Assembly: GCA_964035545.1 (NCBI GenBank)
Contig: OZ037766.1
Span: 16,792,722 to 16,856,721, forward strand
DNA: 64,000 nucleotides
Source of the DNA: Bugula neritina
Lineage: Eukaryota > Animalia > Bryozoa
Direction of reading: 5' to 3'
Shown: in pieces, positions 47,201 to 60,468 of the stretch
How positions within the stretch are numbered: position 1 is the stretch's first letter
How the letters are laid out: the number at the start of each line of letters is the position of its first letter
Notes under the pieces: generated by a model
What the model was told of the DNA's origin: nothing
Databases searched by the model: none
What the model saw: the letters and a program-made list of their open reading frames with translations, nothing else
Translations under genes and position numbers: made by a program

Positions 47201-50200
47201 CAGCTGACCATTTCTGGGCACTGTGACATCATAATCATTCCATCATTTCATTTTTGCTGCCTTTTCCAAAACATGCGACAAGCACAAGCTTTTCAATATA
47301 ATTTCATATTCTGAAAATGTTACATAGACAGGGTGCAATAAATTTGCATGTACTCAACCCAGGGTCTAATAGATTAGGTTATGGTTCAATTATACATGCA
47401 AATTGCATTTCATCTAGTTTTTTGAGCAACTCTGACTTCATGCGCTGGTAATTTGCTCTTTACTATACATTACTGTATCTACACATACCACTGTACGGAC
47501 ACATATCACTGTACGGACACATATCAATGTATCTACACACATCACTGTACGTTCACATTTTTAATCATACAAATCAGTTTTATCAGCCCAACTCTAGTCA
47601 TTTCTATTCTCATGCATATCATAGTTTCTGCAACTCATGGCTCTATTGGAAATTTATTAAGCTATGAATATCCTTTGCTGTTGACACAATAACTTTTAAA
47701 GCTGTTTTCTGACTTTATTGTGATGCAATTTGTTTTCAAAGTCAGTCTGCTGTTCTTTTTTCGGTTGAAATAGGTCATGAAGTTTCCATCAAACTTGTTT
47801 AGAAATAACATTTTTGAAATGATAGATATTTTTGTTGGCTCTCACATGTCAGCTAGTTTTGGGGTATAATTTCTTGTGCTTTTCTTTAATTTTAGTTGTT
47901 GACAAGTGATTGATATACGGTTTCTTATTTTAAGGCCTGGCTTAACGATCGTGAGAATCACACGAAATCATCTATTTGACACGAAAAAACATTCGTACGA
48001 AAAAATTTGAGGGCATTCAAATGAAATCGTCTTTGTTGGGTGTACACAATGATGACGATGGACGAAAAATCACAATCGACGATAAATATCATCAATATAA
48101 TTTTAACAACAGTAATTATTTTATTTCTACCATGTCTCTCTATTTGGCAATTTTCTGCTGTTTGTACCTCGTGCAAGACTCATTCACGGACTATTTATTC
48201 TGTGTTTCGTCCGACGAGTTTGTGGCTGGTCAATACAAAAGAATAACTCACGAAAATCGTCACATGATTTCGTGTGATTCTCACGATCGTGAGGCCAGGC
48301 CTTTAGTTCTGTTTCTGTTAAGTTGTGTGTGCTAGCTATGTTTTTGATAAACTCATATACAGCTTGAGCTCTGTACTTTCTTCTCTCCTCTTTGTGGAGG
48401 GTTATATGGTCCTCTCTTAGTCATGAATTTCAAAGTGTGATCATAATATACCAAGAGCTGAACCTGAAAACTCATATATCAATTGCCATGGAAATTCTGC
48501 TGATTGCAACACATGTTTTGCATTCTAAATTTTGGAAGTTAAGCAGAAGTTGGAAGTTGTCTCCCTTCTGTGCAGATACAAAGCTTGTTTTAGCTCTACT
48601 TGGTATAACAGAAAGCTTTAAAGTGAGCTCATATCACTTTAATAATTATAATTAATGTTAGGGGATGAAGTTTTCAACAACTATACATAATTTACACTTT
48701 TGATTCTATAAAACTTACTACACATACTCGTTGATAATTGTCAACTACACTACGTCATTACATGAAAGCAAAAATCTAACAAGTCAACAATATTATTTAT
48801 ATAATTTAGAGGAAATTTCATTACTAATAATATGCATTTTTAGAAGAGAATAAATAACTTGAACTACAACTTGTCTATAAATATGGTGTACCCCATGCTG
48901 GTGATGATGACGACACCAGTGTGATGATGACATCTTCGTTAATTTTCTGTCAACAGATGCAGTGTAGAGAAAGTGTGGGCTTATCTAATTAGGACTTTGA
49001 TTTCCTGTTGACCACTACTGCAATCAATATCTCTTCCTGTTTACTGGGCCATCTGCTTATGACAGCTAGTAGCCGTGTGCCTGAGATACAAGTTATTAAG
49101 TTTTAAAATAGGATGTTATTATACTCTCTCCTAGAATAATGAATCCTCTTGCATTAAATACCGTATTTTCATATCTTGCCGAGTTACACTGACTCAGTAT
49201 CACAGAATTGATGTGTTCTAGTTGTAGTGGGTCCTCTCTGAAAACTGTCTCTAGAATATAACATAATATTTACAGGAAATAACTGCATTTATTTACCTAT
49301 TGTAATTTGCTTCGTATCATATATTTCACTGTATTATTACATATCTGTTTCTACTCTCAACAAATGCAAACCAAAGAAATGTTTTCTTCTGACTTACTGC
49401 GTTTTGGGGTATTTATTTTAATATTATTTAGTGTTAGCTTGCCAAAATCTTAGTTTTTATAACATTTGTTATGCAGATGACATTATTTGAACCTGATCTG
49501 TCCATGATGGATGTACTAATAGAGTTGAAGCCTGAGACGCAGAGACGTCTACAGTTTCCGCTACATCAAGATGGCAAGGAAGTTGAGTTGTTTATGGACC
49601 CAGCTGAGAACTATATTAAACATATCCAGGTATGATATTGCATGTGAACTTGCTTTATTCTATAAACACTATGTAATAGAGCAATATAAAATACATTATT
49701 GATAATTGAAATATTTGTTTGTGATCTGATTTGTTAGTTAGCTTACATGCTGTAGAAAGTACAGTTTTGACTTGGAAGCATTGACTGGATGCTCAGTCTA
49801 GTAATTAAAATTTATTTTTTGTAGTAAATTTGGTTAAACTATAGATTGTTTGATTTCAGGAGTCATATTATGATAAAGCTGTGATCCTGTATGATGTAAA
49901 CAATATCAAGTATGTTGGGCTCATCTGGAAACCAGGAGCTTTTGATCCCATTCCACTCAAGGTTGTTCATTCGCTGTAACTCAACCGTTTTAACTTACTT
50001 TACTTTTACTCTGTTAGGTTTGTATTCAGAGAATTGGGCTCTCTGTGAACTGGGTGGTCCAGTTTTCTACATTATTTTTCTGTGGTTGGGGTGGGGATAG
50101 CCAGTAACACAGGGAGCTTAGAGCTATGTGGTATAGTTCTCTAAATCACATAGTCAAATTATTTCTAACTTACTGCTGCTCAAGCTCAAGCATACTTCTG

Positions 50201-52294
50201 CTGTGACCCCGAAATATAGATTTTTGTTTGGAGTTGCATTTTGTATTTGAACTTAGTTGAAAAGCTGTGCGCTGGACAGAGTGGGTGATAATAGCACATG
50301 GCATTAACCATTGAAGTCAATCTCGTTAAACTAATGAGCCTATTTTCTTTATTGATTTTATTTAATACTTCAATATATATATTTAAAGTAAGCCTGGTTC
50401 ACTAACCAGAATGTGTTGAACTTTAGACCTGCAAAACAGTTGGCTTCTAATTATGGAAAGTCATTGTTGGTTTCTGTTAGCTTTGCCAGAATAAATTGGG
50501 CTGAGGTTATCCTTCTCAAAGTCTAAGTGAAATGACTCTATGGTCTTCTTAGGGATTCATGGTGCCCTCTGCCTGGTGGTGTACATTAATTACTACCAGC
50601 TTTCCGTGTTGTGTTAAAGGATGCTCCGAATGTATCCATGCAGCTTTGAACTTTCGGCATGCTTTCCTCTTTTGTGTTTATTTCTGCAGCTTCTTAGAAT
50701 TGAATTAGCAATTGATTTTCCTACAGACAGCCATCAGGCAACACTCCCCCCCTCTCTCCAGGCTATTCCAATACCTATATGCATCTAATCAATTCTCTTT
50801 GTTTTGACTAACATGTAATTTATGTGAAAATTGTGTTCTATTTTAAAAAAGTGAATTGAGTTTCATGATGTCTTGTAAATTTAATTAACCTGCTATTCAT
50901 CAACATGAGTTCAGCAGCAGTCTGGGCTTCTCCTAGTCATTGCACACTCTTCTGTGCTCTTTAAATGCTACTGATCTTTCTCCACACTCTAATAACTGCC
51001 ATCACTTGGTGCTTAAATTTAACCCACATACTATTCCTCTTGGGATTTTTGTTGCATATTTGGGGAGTAGATTTTTTACCAGGTTGGCCGTATTTACCAA
51101 AAATGTATTTATTTATCAAGTTCTAGCTTTTATGCTCCTTCAGCTGTCCACATCACTCTGTCTTAGTGACTGACTATTGAATATATAACATGATTAAAAC
51201 GAGCTGTTTGATATGCTGTGTTTCATCTATCTGCATTTGCATATTTAGAAATGCTTCTTTCAAAGTTATATGTGCAGTGTAGTTTTAGCCTAAGGCTATA
51301 CTATTGATCAAAAATAAGAACTTTGACGATTTACTTTTTCTTATATTTATCAATATCGTATATATTTAAGTGTGCAACATTGCCTTAAAACATTTACTAC
51401 TATCAACTAAATCCCAGGCAAAAAGTTAGTATACAAGTTTTTCCATCAACTTAACTTGTTCATCTACAACTATATTAACTCTGAGCAACTTAAAATCTTC
51501 TCAACATTTTAGTTTCCAAGTTTGCTGAATTTTTCCATGCAGTCATTAATAAGAGAGCATAATAATATACTGCTGCTGTTATATAGATAGTTGGATGGAT
51601 AGTTGGGTGGATAGTTGGATTAGCTGTGTGCGTTTGACATCTGTTGAAGTAGAAAATTGGGTGCAGAAAACATCACTTGGCATTGAATATGAAACTAGGT
51701 TAAAACACAAAAGAGAGTATTAATAAGCCTTATTGCTGAGAGAAACTGATTTTACTATGTTATTAGCCAATTCAGCTGCAATATTCCCAACTCTTGCTGA
51801 TTCCAGTATCTATAGTTTTGAATCAGTAGATTCTGGAAAATAATCTGGTCTACTGTTTTCAGGACTGTTTGTCAACAGAGAAAGCTAAAGCTGTTGCAGA
51901 AAATGCTTGTAGATGAAGTTTATTGTTGTCTATGTAGTACAAACATGTATCATATAGTAAATGAAATATGCTAGGTATAATTGTCAACGTAACAGTTCGT
52001 GGATGAATGTTTGAAAACTCATTTTTCCAAGGCCATCAGTTTTTGATACCAATGGTAATAAATTCAATAAATGATTTTATTCAAGCTGTGCAAGTTTTCA
52101 GGCCTTTAATATTTTAATGGTCAAAGGTTTGTTTATTTTAGAAGAGCTGTTCAGATGTAGATAAATCTTCGAAAAAACTGACAGAGTTGGAGGGAGAAGT
52201 TTGTATGAGCTTAGATATCAATGCTGTGCTACAAGATTGTAATTTCGTGGGCAAGGGCATCGTGAAGAACATCACTGTCATGGGGGAGTGTTGA
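35214..52294 (+). CDS. NOL6: Nucleolar protein 6 (Nrap/Utp22 family), about 1065 aa
   Basis: 21 coding exons with consistent phases (3198 nt): 35214-35381, 35542-35658, 36055-36225, 36423-36594, 36785-36901, 38079-38239, 39226-39346, 39766-39917, 40101-40216, 40606-40768, 41192-41469, 42304-42532, 42684-42750, 43030-43187, 43580-43716, 44226-44378, 44772-44869, 46673-46884, 49477-49629, 49860-49961, 52142-52294 (TGA). Nrap motifs: ICGSF..VDV..P, KDYLDQRWLVKKAYY, PTPLYN, KIWMHQR, VFMDPTGFVN, GLGNRI, LERGPPADDPAAAKFREFWGERAELRRFMDGAICEAVFW, LKSLPLGV, GSKWPD, ARLLKRF, HDWANNPLVINF, VGLIWKP, VLQDCNFVGKGIV. Confidence 0.93.
43300..43572. repeat. Degenerate TA/TG-rich minisatellite (AATATATAATATGTGT-like) in a NOL6 intron
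   Basis: Recurring aatatataata/tgtgtatgtatgtgt units. Confidence 0.7.
47466..47556. repeat. 18-bp minisatellite (CATATCACTGTACGGACA), about 5 copies
   Basis: cattactgtatctacaca taccactgtacggacaca tatcactgtacggacaca tatcaatgtatctacaca catcactgtacg. Confidence 0.85.
47933..48302. mobile_element. PIF/Harbinger-like MITE (370 bp) in NOL6 intron 46885-49476
   Basis: TIR AGGCCTGGCTTAACGATCGTGAGAATCACACGAAATCAT versus the reverse complement of the right end AGGCCTGGCCTCACGATCGTGAGAATCACACGAAATCAT (2 mismatches in 39). Perfect TTA TSD at 47930-47932 and 48303-48305. CpG-rich, which suggests it is recent. Confidence 0.9.
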
Positions 52295-53108
52295 GGGAGT
52301 AGATGGTTGTATGTTCTGTACATGGGTGACTCACTGTATAAAAGTGTTTACTATTTGTTTTGGTATATCAGTATGCTATTTGCTAAGCTGTAATATTAAT
52401 TTTACTAAAGTCAATATTGCTATCATAGTTTTATATATTGATGTACTAATGTATATATAATAAATACATTATACAGATTTCTCCTCTTTTGTTGAGCTGT
52501 ATTTACAGACCACCAGTTATTAGTCAAGTTAATGGGCAAACAACAAAGATGTGGGTTAATTGCAGTTGCTATTCCGATAGGTTGTATCAAAATTTCTATC
52601 TTAATAATACAAAGGTTCAAGTTGTCCCAAAACCTGCTAAATAATGTTCTTTACTTTTAATACACTTGTGAGAAGTTGTATTTCAGGGCTGAAGTTGACA
52701 CTATGCCCTTGGGTAGCTCTGCTAATCAACCATGCATATTTAATAACACTTATCCCCTTCACTCAGTATTAATACTGCAGTGTGTATATTACACTCAATA
52801 GATTATTGAGCGAATTGTAAAATATTATGTCTGTGCATAATTTAGTAATGACATCACTTCACTTGGTTCTAAAGCTGTGCTGGCCAAACTGTTCTAATCA
52901 AATGTTGCTAAAAAGTCTCAGTTTTATAATAAATATCGTAAAACCATTTTATTAAAATACTCCAAGACAGTATTTCATAAGCTAGTACTAATATAATAAT
53001 AAGCAGTATTGCATGCACAACCTAGCAATACCTTGTTAGCACTATTACAACTATTGAAGATTTTCACTGCTGCTATCTTTTACCTTGCTTTGTCATATCT
53101 AAAATAGA

Positions 53109-54836
53109 TTAATACCTCTCATGTCTACAAAACTTTTGCCAGCATTGTCGAAGATATTGAAATTTCAATATTTTTATGAATGATTTTTTAAACTGAGGAT
53201 TTGACAGAGCATAGCAAAAAGGATTTATGGGACTGTTTATGTAACACAGCCAGTAAGAGAATTGGTACAAGAAAGATAAAGCTCCTGAAAATTCACAAGT
53301 TGTACAGAAACTATCTATCAATATAATTACATGATAAGGTGTCCAGCAAATCACAAATGCTCCCAATATAAATGTTATGGTTCTTAGAGCTTTTCTTGCA
53401 TGATTTTCCTTTCTTTTACGGCGTATGGAAGGCTTCTTCTGTCTTCCTAAGAACACCTTGGGTGCTGCTAAAAATGCTACAACTGACGGAAAGTTGCCAA
53501 CAGTCTTAGCTTTGTTATCAGAGTCTTGGGTCTCACTGCTGCTGTCATCGTCATTGTAGTCTGACAAGCTTTTCCCATCAGATCTATTTCTTTGACTTGG
53601 CAATTGTTTTTTCTTCAAAGTGAGACTTGGCTTGGCATGTGGTTCTTTTGGAGGTTGTTCTGCTACTTGTATAACGGGTTTTTCAATTTTATGAAAAGTG
53701 TTTCCTGTAATGGCATCCCAGTGTATGCTGGAGTTGGGAAGCGAATCTCTGGGTTTCCAGACGGGGGAGTCATCCTTGTGAGTCTCTTCTTCACTGCATA
53801 CTTCAGGTGTATTCTCAGTGTCAAGAAACACATCTTCTTGACCATTTACTTCCAATGAATCTGGAGCAAGATTGGGGCTTTCTTCAAAGTTTTGCTTTGT
53901 CAAACTACTCGTGCTTCCATGTTTCATTTGTGATGAGGGTGAGTTGGAGGTGTTGGTGGTTGAAGCTGTGTTATAACTAACTGCTAGGTGCAGCCCGGGT
54001 GCTGGGATTGCTTCTTTCTGAGAAGGTATTAAGTTATCTTTTTCAGTAGCATCTTTAACGTCTTTCTTCATAGTTGAACTGATGAACTTCAGTCTCTTTC
54101 GTGTCTCTTTTGATCTTCTGTGTAACTTTAATGCTACCTGGTAGATTCCAGCATATAAGCCTATCATAACAAGCAGCGTAACCCAGTAATAGCATATCAC
54201 TAGAACCGCTGAAAAGATCTTGTTATTCTGGAACTCTGCTACGCATTGATCTTGATTCGATGAAACTCTGTTTTTGACAAAATATGGCCAGCCTATAATT
54301 GTTGTGAAGAATATAAGTGTAGGGATGACCCAAGTAGTAAAAATCATAACTTTCATTTTGGTCTCGGTCCTCCAGGTCCTGTACTTGGCAGGCATCTTCA
54401 CCGAACAGAATCGGTCTAGTGTTATAAGGAAGACAGTGTATTGTGACACTAGGCACACTGTATAGTCTATAGACAGCCATAGGTTGCACACCTGAGCACC
54501 CAGGGGCCAATAGTTCAGAAGCAAATACATAGTGTAGAAGGGCATGGAACAGGAACCTATGATAATGTCTGTAACAGCCAAACTTGCTATTAGATAATTG
54601 GCTGGATGTCTAATACTTTTCTCCATCGCAAAAGAGATAACCACCATTATATTACCAATGATAGTGCAGAAACTTGTTATGCCTGCCAAGGTTGCTAATA
54701 TTGTCGTTATCAATGTGTTGAAAGGGGGCTTGTGGCTCAAGATGACATTGCTGTCAGTAGTAAACAGGCTAATGGTGGAATTTACTGTCTCATTCTGCTG
54801 ATAGTGATAATATTCGCTGATCTGCAGTATGTCCAT
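53109..54836 (-). CDS. Muscarinic acetylcholine receptor, invertebrate B-type (mAChR-B/GAR-like), class A GPCR, 575 aa, single coding exon
   Basis: 7TM with GNIMV, NYLIASLAVTD, WLSIDYTVCLVSQYTV (D3.32), LDRFCSVKMPAKYR, a long ICL3, ENHARKALRTITFILGAFVICWTPYH and YWLCYINSPINPFCYAL. N-terminal glycosylation sequons (NETVNST). A splice acceptor lies just upstream of the ATG (about 54852), so the 5' UTR is spliced. Confidence 0.9.
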   Translation of the reverse strand: MDILQISEYYHYQQNETVNSTISLFTTDSNVILSHKPPFNTLITTILATLAGITSFCTIIGNIMVVISFAMEKSIRHPANYLIASLAVTDIIIGSCSMPFYTMYLLLNYWPLGAQVCNLWLSIDYTVCLVSQYTVFLITLDRFCSVKMPAKYRTWRTETKMKVMIFTTWVIPTLIFFTTIIGWPYFVKNRVSSNQDQCVAEFQNNKIFSAVLVICYYWVTLLVMIGLYAGIYQVALKLHRRSKETRKRLKFISSTMKKDVKDATEKDNLIPSQKEAIPAPGLHLAVSYNTASTTNTSNSPSSQMKHGSTSSLTKQNFEESPNLAPDSLEVNGQEDVFLDTENTPEVCSEEETHKDDSPVWKPRDSLPNSSIHWDAITGNTFHKIEKPVIQVAEQPPKEPHAKPSLTLKKKQLPSQRNRSDGKSLSDYNDDDSSSETQDSDNKAKTVGNFPSVVAFLAAPKVFLGRQKKPSIRRKRKENHARKALRTITFILGAFVICWTPYHVIILIDSFCTTCEFSGALSFLYQFSYWLCYINSPINPFCYALSNPQFKKSFIKILKFQYLRQCWQKFCRHERY

Positions 54837-57800
54837 TTCAGCCCAATAATCTAAAAAGTAAATATATTTGATCTTTTTTAATTATGTCATCAGTAACATA
54901 CAAATTCAAATTAACTCTCTAACAAGCCAATTCAAATGAGCTTTCAATTTAAAAGGTCTGACTTTTTCATGATGTCATCTTTTATAACCCCTAAAATAGG
55001 AATAAAATATTTTATTTTTACCTTGAGGACCCAATTTTCAAGATTACATTTAATAGAACATGGTTATAGAATTCTTTTTGGTCACCATCAAATAATATAT
55101 GTGCAAATTAAAAAACACGATTTACTTTAGGAAGTAAAATTTTCAATTTCAATTAATGCAGAATAACGTTATACAAAGACAAAATCATGTATAAGATGAC
55201 AATCTATAATATTCCATAGTATTTTGACGTAAAGTTTGCAGCAGTAATATGCAGCAGGTAAAAATTTTCATTGATGAGCCTTATCCTCTACTTCGTGTAG
55301 CACTTTTTAACAAATTCCTCAAAAACTTGCTGCAAGACAATATTAAGCTACTAGTTGGCTAAGGCAAAATCTTATTCTTATAATGAATACTGGTTACATA
55401 AATGCTTCATTACTAATATCAAGTTGATATCAAAACAAACCCATTTTACAACCTAATTATTATTGACAGAACAACTTCATAAAGTGAAATCTAAAAGCAG
55501 TTTTCTTCCACCAATTTACCATCAAACGAACTTTCAACAGAAATGTTTAGTTGCTTAGTTTATTGAAATTATGGCTCCTATATATTATAAACTGTCTTAC
55601 AAAATAGTGATATAAGTAAGAATTGGTACAATTACTACTAAATCTACAACTAAATCAGGCATAGTATTATAGCAAGTATTGATTATTTTGACTACACCAA
55701 GAATGGATTGGAGTAATGGCTTGCATGGTTGAGATAGAAAGGAAATGAACTTAGAGTTTTCTTGGCATTCAAGCCATGCCTCATTAATGTGGTAACTAAA
55801 TGAGCACCTCACAAACCTTTGGTAGGTGCTGCATGCATGTATATATTATGTAAATATTTCAATCGATAAGCCAGAAAACTTAGTACATATTATGTTTAAT
55901 GTGCAGCATAATATGAAAAGTTAGTAAACTTTTATAATCAAAACAACTTTGGTTTACATGCCAATTGATGGGTGAGCAATTCACTATATACACACATATT
56001 ACCTATCTACAACCCTTGTAAAGTTAATATAGAAATATATCAGTTTCATTCTCTTATGCCTGACAAACAGCATGAAGCTATTTGCTACATTTTTCCTGTG
56101 ATTAGTTTTAGAGTTCCTTTATTTCTTATTAACATCAAGTTTTAAATAAAAGCTGTTTTGAGCAAGTAGGTATGCTTCCTGCTGTTTCTATGGTAGGTAG
56201 AACCCACACAAGGTAGTTTACTAAGTGAGAGTTCAAGTTGTTCAATGAATAGACTTCAAATAGCCGTAATGAGCACATTTATAATAATCTGAAGTAAAGT
56301 AATTGTTTGCCATTTGGGTTATTATTAGACATCCATCAACAGTTAAGATGTATTGATTTTTAACAGCTCTAAAACACTCTTTAATCTTTTCATGTGAGCT
56401 CTTATTAAATTATCAACTGTTTCTAAATTCCCTAACTTGTGTAGTTTTAAAATATTGCTCAGTTTGATTGATATTGGTAAATTTCACGCTCTTGTATAAT
56501 TTGACCAGCTATGCAGTACAGTATTTGCAGTCTGTCATAATTACTAAATAAATGATTGAACTTAAAAATTTCTAAATCAAAATCAAGTTTACTTCCACTG
56601 GCTATTTTATATTATAGCAACTTTGCCATTTTCCAAGTTTTACAAGCTAATTATTTTGTAGTCATACTATATGCAAGATTTATTCCTAACTTATGCAAAC
56701 AGCTCCTTTTAGCCTGTTTGAAATGATCTCTAAAAATAGAGCATAAAATTTGAAGTCTTGATATTATTTTAGTTCATTAGTATATAGTATAGTAATAATA
56801 AATGCAATTTATTAGCACTCACTATCTTAGTACCAGATATAGTTGTATGTTAAAACCGATAAAATGACACTTTTTGGAAATTGCACACAAACATCAGTAA
56901 GCATACATATGCTTTCTGAAACAGCCAAAATCGCTAAAATTTAGCAGTACATATACTGTATATGGAATATACTTTATGGTGCAGCTGTCACATTAGCCAT
57001 TATAAGCATATTTTACTTGTGCATTTCGCACAGTTCAAGTGTATAATATTCTTCAGACACTGTTTAATATTACACTACCAATTATTTAGTAATTAAATAG
57101 TATTATGCAGTATTTATAATTCTAAGGTTCAACCAAAAAAATCCAAAATATGTAATTCACATGTAAAGTTTTAGAGACCAAAATTTAGCAGTACCTACTT
57201 AAAGGCTGTTATATTTTATTTTAAAAATTTTATGCATTTCATTCTTCATCTACTTTGGCATCTAGCCTAAACATTTATATTAATATCAGTTACTCACATT
57301 ATATTAATATTGATATTAGCTATATGCTACTTCCACTTCTTTTATAATTTATTTGTTACTTAAAACTATCTTGTCACACTCATCACTAAAAATATAATAT
57401 ACAGGTACACTTACTTTATATAGATTACCAACGTGTTAAATTGTTGTACAAAAACATACATGTTCAAAATTGCATAAATTAGTTTTTTCTAGTTCCTAAT
57501 TTTTAAAAACGTTGGCTCTGCATTCTCTATAACCTTATATTATATATTCATGTATGCTGCTTCATTTAAATTTAATTTATGAATGGTGAGAGATAAATAA
57601 AGCTTACCTTAGTACAATGTAGCAGGCAAGATTTATAGTGTCAATTATTTAAGCATGTAGCTGCAGGTGTTATGATTTAATTGCATGCAGGTTCTTCTGA
57701 CTTTAAGTGCAGTTTGTATAAATTGACAAACAAAGTGTTTGCAAAGCAGATTTCCATAGATAGTTGTTGCTCTGCCATTGATCAAAGCTAAACTGGATAC

Positions 57801-60468
57801 TCGTGTTATAACAGTTCATACAAGTATCTCAATGGTTGTATAGTAATCCATGTAATCTATATGGATCGATATATTACTCTAGTCCTCAATGTGTGGCATT
57901 ATTTGTGAGCAGCAATGCTTTGTATTGTACTAGGTGTTGGCATATATTCCTAACATATCCAATAAAACCAGGGTATAACCACAATTTTCTACACCAATTA
58001 ATGGAAACATGCCACATGTACACACCCACCACCCACACACAAATTTCACTAATCAGTGTAACAAATCTGAAAAGAATAATTTGAGAAATATACCAGCCTT
58101 AGTTTTTATTATGACTTCTTACTTGTTAAAAGTGAAACAGATACAAGTTTGCTTAAACAGATTTCGACACAAATGCCAACAGTAATTTCACATAAGACAA
58201 ACATTTTATAACTTGCATGTGTATAATTATCTATGCTATACTATTCTAACTTTTCTTAAAACATAATCTTAGTCTGTAGGTATGCCTAGTTTATAACAGT
58301 AATCAATTTGTTGTAAAATCTAGCTGAATAAAAATTTTATTTTCTGTTTCAACTGCAAATAAGCTGTAAAACAGTAGCTCCCATTGGCTACTACCTAATA
58401 TTTTTTCATCAACTGGCAAGTTATCAATAGATAAGGCAACTCTAATATAGTTAACTTCCCAAGTTAGAGATCTATTACTGCATACTATAAAGTTATACGA
58501 TAACAACATAGTAGTTGGATTAAGTGATAGGTACATATCAAACAAGTTAAACCAAGTTATACATATAAATATAATTATGTGCGATTGGAAAGCTTGTTAT
58601 CTCATCTCTAGTAATATGTTGGCAAACTTAAAATTTTTAAAACCTATTTTCACAGAATGTCTATATCTAAACTACACTAAGTTCTAATGACTTGAATGGA
58701 TCCGCACAGGATAGACATGCACCTAAAATGAACATTAACACACTTATGTACACATAAACATCTACACAATGCACAAAATATACACATACATTTATAACTA
58801 GGACATTTAGAGGCTAAACTTTCTTACAATTGACTATCCTTGAGATATTTTATTAAACCAGCTGGGGAGAGCTGCTTTGTTTTAGTCATGAGTCTACGAT
58901 GCACAAATTAAACAACAATAGACTTTGACGAACTAAACTGACTCAAAATAGCTTTGCGACTGTGATGAAAACAAAACACCCTTCCAGCACACAAAAATAA
59001 ACTGCTTTATTTGTAGACTATGTAATGCAAAATACGTAACAATCCATACTAATCAATATAGTTATGCTTCTGAAGGCAACAAAAATCAAATGCTTGATCA
59101 AGGATAAGCAAATACCATAGATCTATGGCTGTCAATTAAGCTATTGTTTGAACATTGTTAAGCAAAATATGTATACCTCTTCAAATTTGTTTATTGCACC
59201 TACAGTTTCCCATCTGACAAGTGGTCATCAGTGACTATTAATAGCACAAATTTATTGTGGAGTTGTTTTTGTGCAGCTCACCAAACTGGAAAATGGTGTG
59301 GGAAGAACAATGCTGCTAAGTTTATATTCTATATTCTAAAATAGTCTGTCATGAGGGCATCCTCAATTTATGCTTCAAATTTTGCTTGCTTGCTCAATTT
59401 ATGGTTACCCCAATAACCAATTCTCTCAAGAAAAACTCAATTGCTGATAGATGTCGTCACATTTATGTACTTTACTCAAATTTAAAAAAATTACCAGCTG
59501 TATTTATTGAGTTTTTAGACTTTATAATAAAAAGTTTCACATGGAAACCAGGTGATAACTGTGCTGGTTGTTCCAACACTAAGAGTTGCAATGAATGATT
59601 AAACAATTTGCAACTGATCATACTGAAGCATCTGGCTATAACTTACATCCTTAGGTAGGTGTTTGGTTATTTACTGTTCAGCAACAGTCTGTGGGAGCCG
59701 ATATTGCTGCACCATGACATTAGATGAGAGACTAGCAGGCTGAACTTTTCAGCCCACAAAATATGAGCTTCTCACAAGAGTAAATTTGAAGTATGCAATA
59801 GGAAGCAAATTATTAATTATTTATCACTTGTTTTTTTATGTGTTTGTTTGCTTTAATATAATATGTACTTTTAAAAGCACCCAACCCATAACCAGTTCAG
59901 AAAATGTTATTCTGATAAGCTATCATACCAGCAATGACTCAAAATGGTCATGCTTTTACAAAAATACCTCCTGCTTTGGAAGTTCAACCTAACCTCTAAC
60001 AGATTTACAGCACAATCTTGAGTCAACTTTTTGGAAAATATTTATACAGTCATAATTGAGCAGAATTTAAAGACAAAAAAAACAAAATGTTAATCACAAA
60101 AACATGTAGTGGGTTAAATCTAGTAAAATCTGGATGAGTATTCAATAAAACCTCAAAAAATCTTCAACGATTAATAGAACTAGATTCTACATCCCATATA
60201 AAGCATCAAATTACATACAATAATAAAAATCAGGTGAAGACTTCAATGCCAATATTAGGCACAATTTACTACTATGTAATGACGTGGTAGTTATAAGCAC
60301 AATATAAAACAATAACAGAAACAGCAACAGTAATGTACAATAAAAGCTGACAGATTTGACAAACACACACAAATGTTAAAATGATGATATACAAGTAAAT
60401 CGCACCAGTGTAATTTTGATATTATGATATATTAGTAACAAATGTCACTGAGGTGAGAAGTATTGCTT

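Noticed and set aside
53592-54801. Short ORFs overlapping the GPCR on both strands
   Set aside because: Alternative-frame by-products of the receptor CDS.
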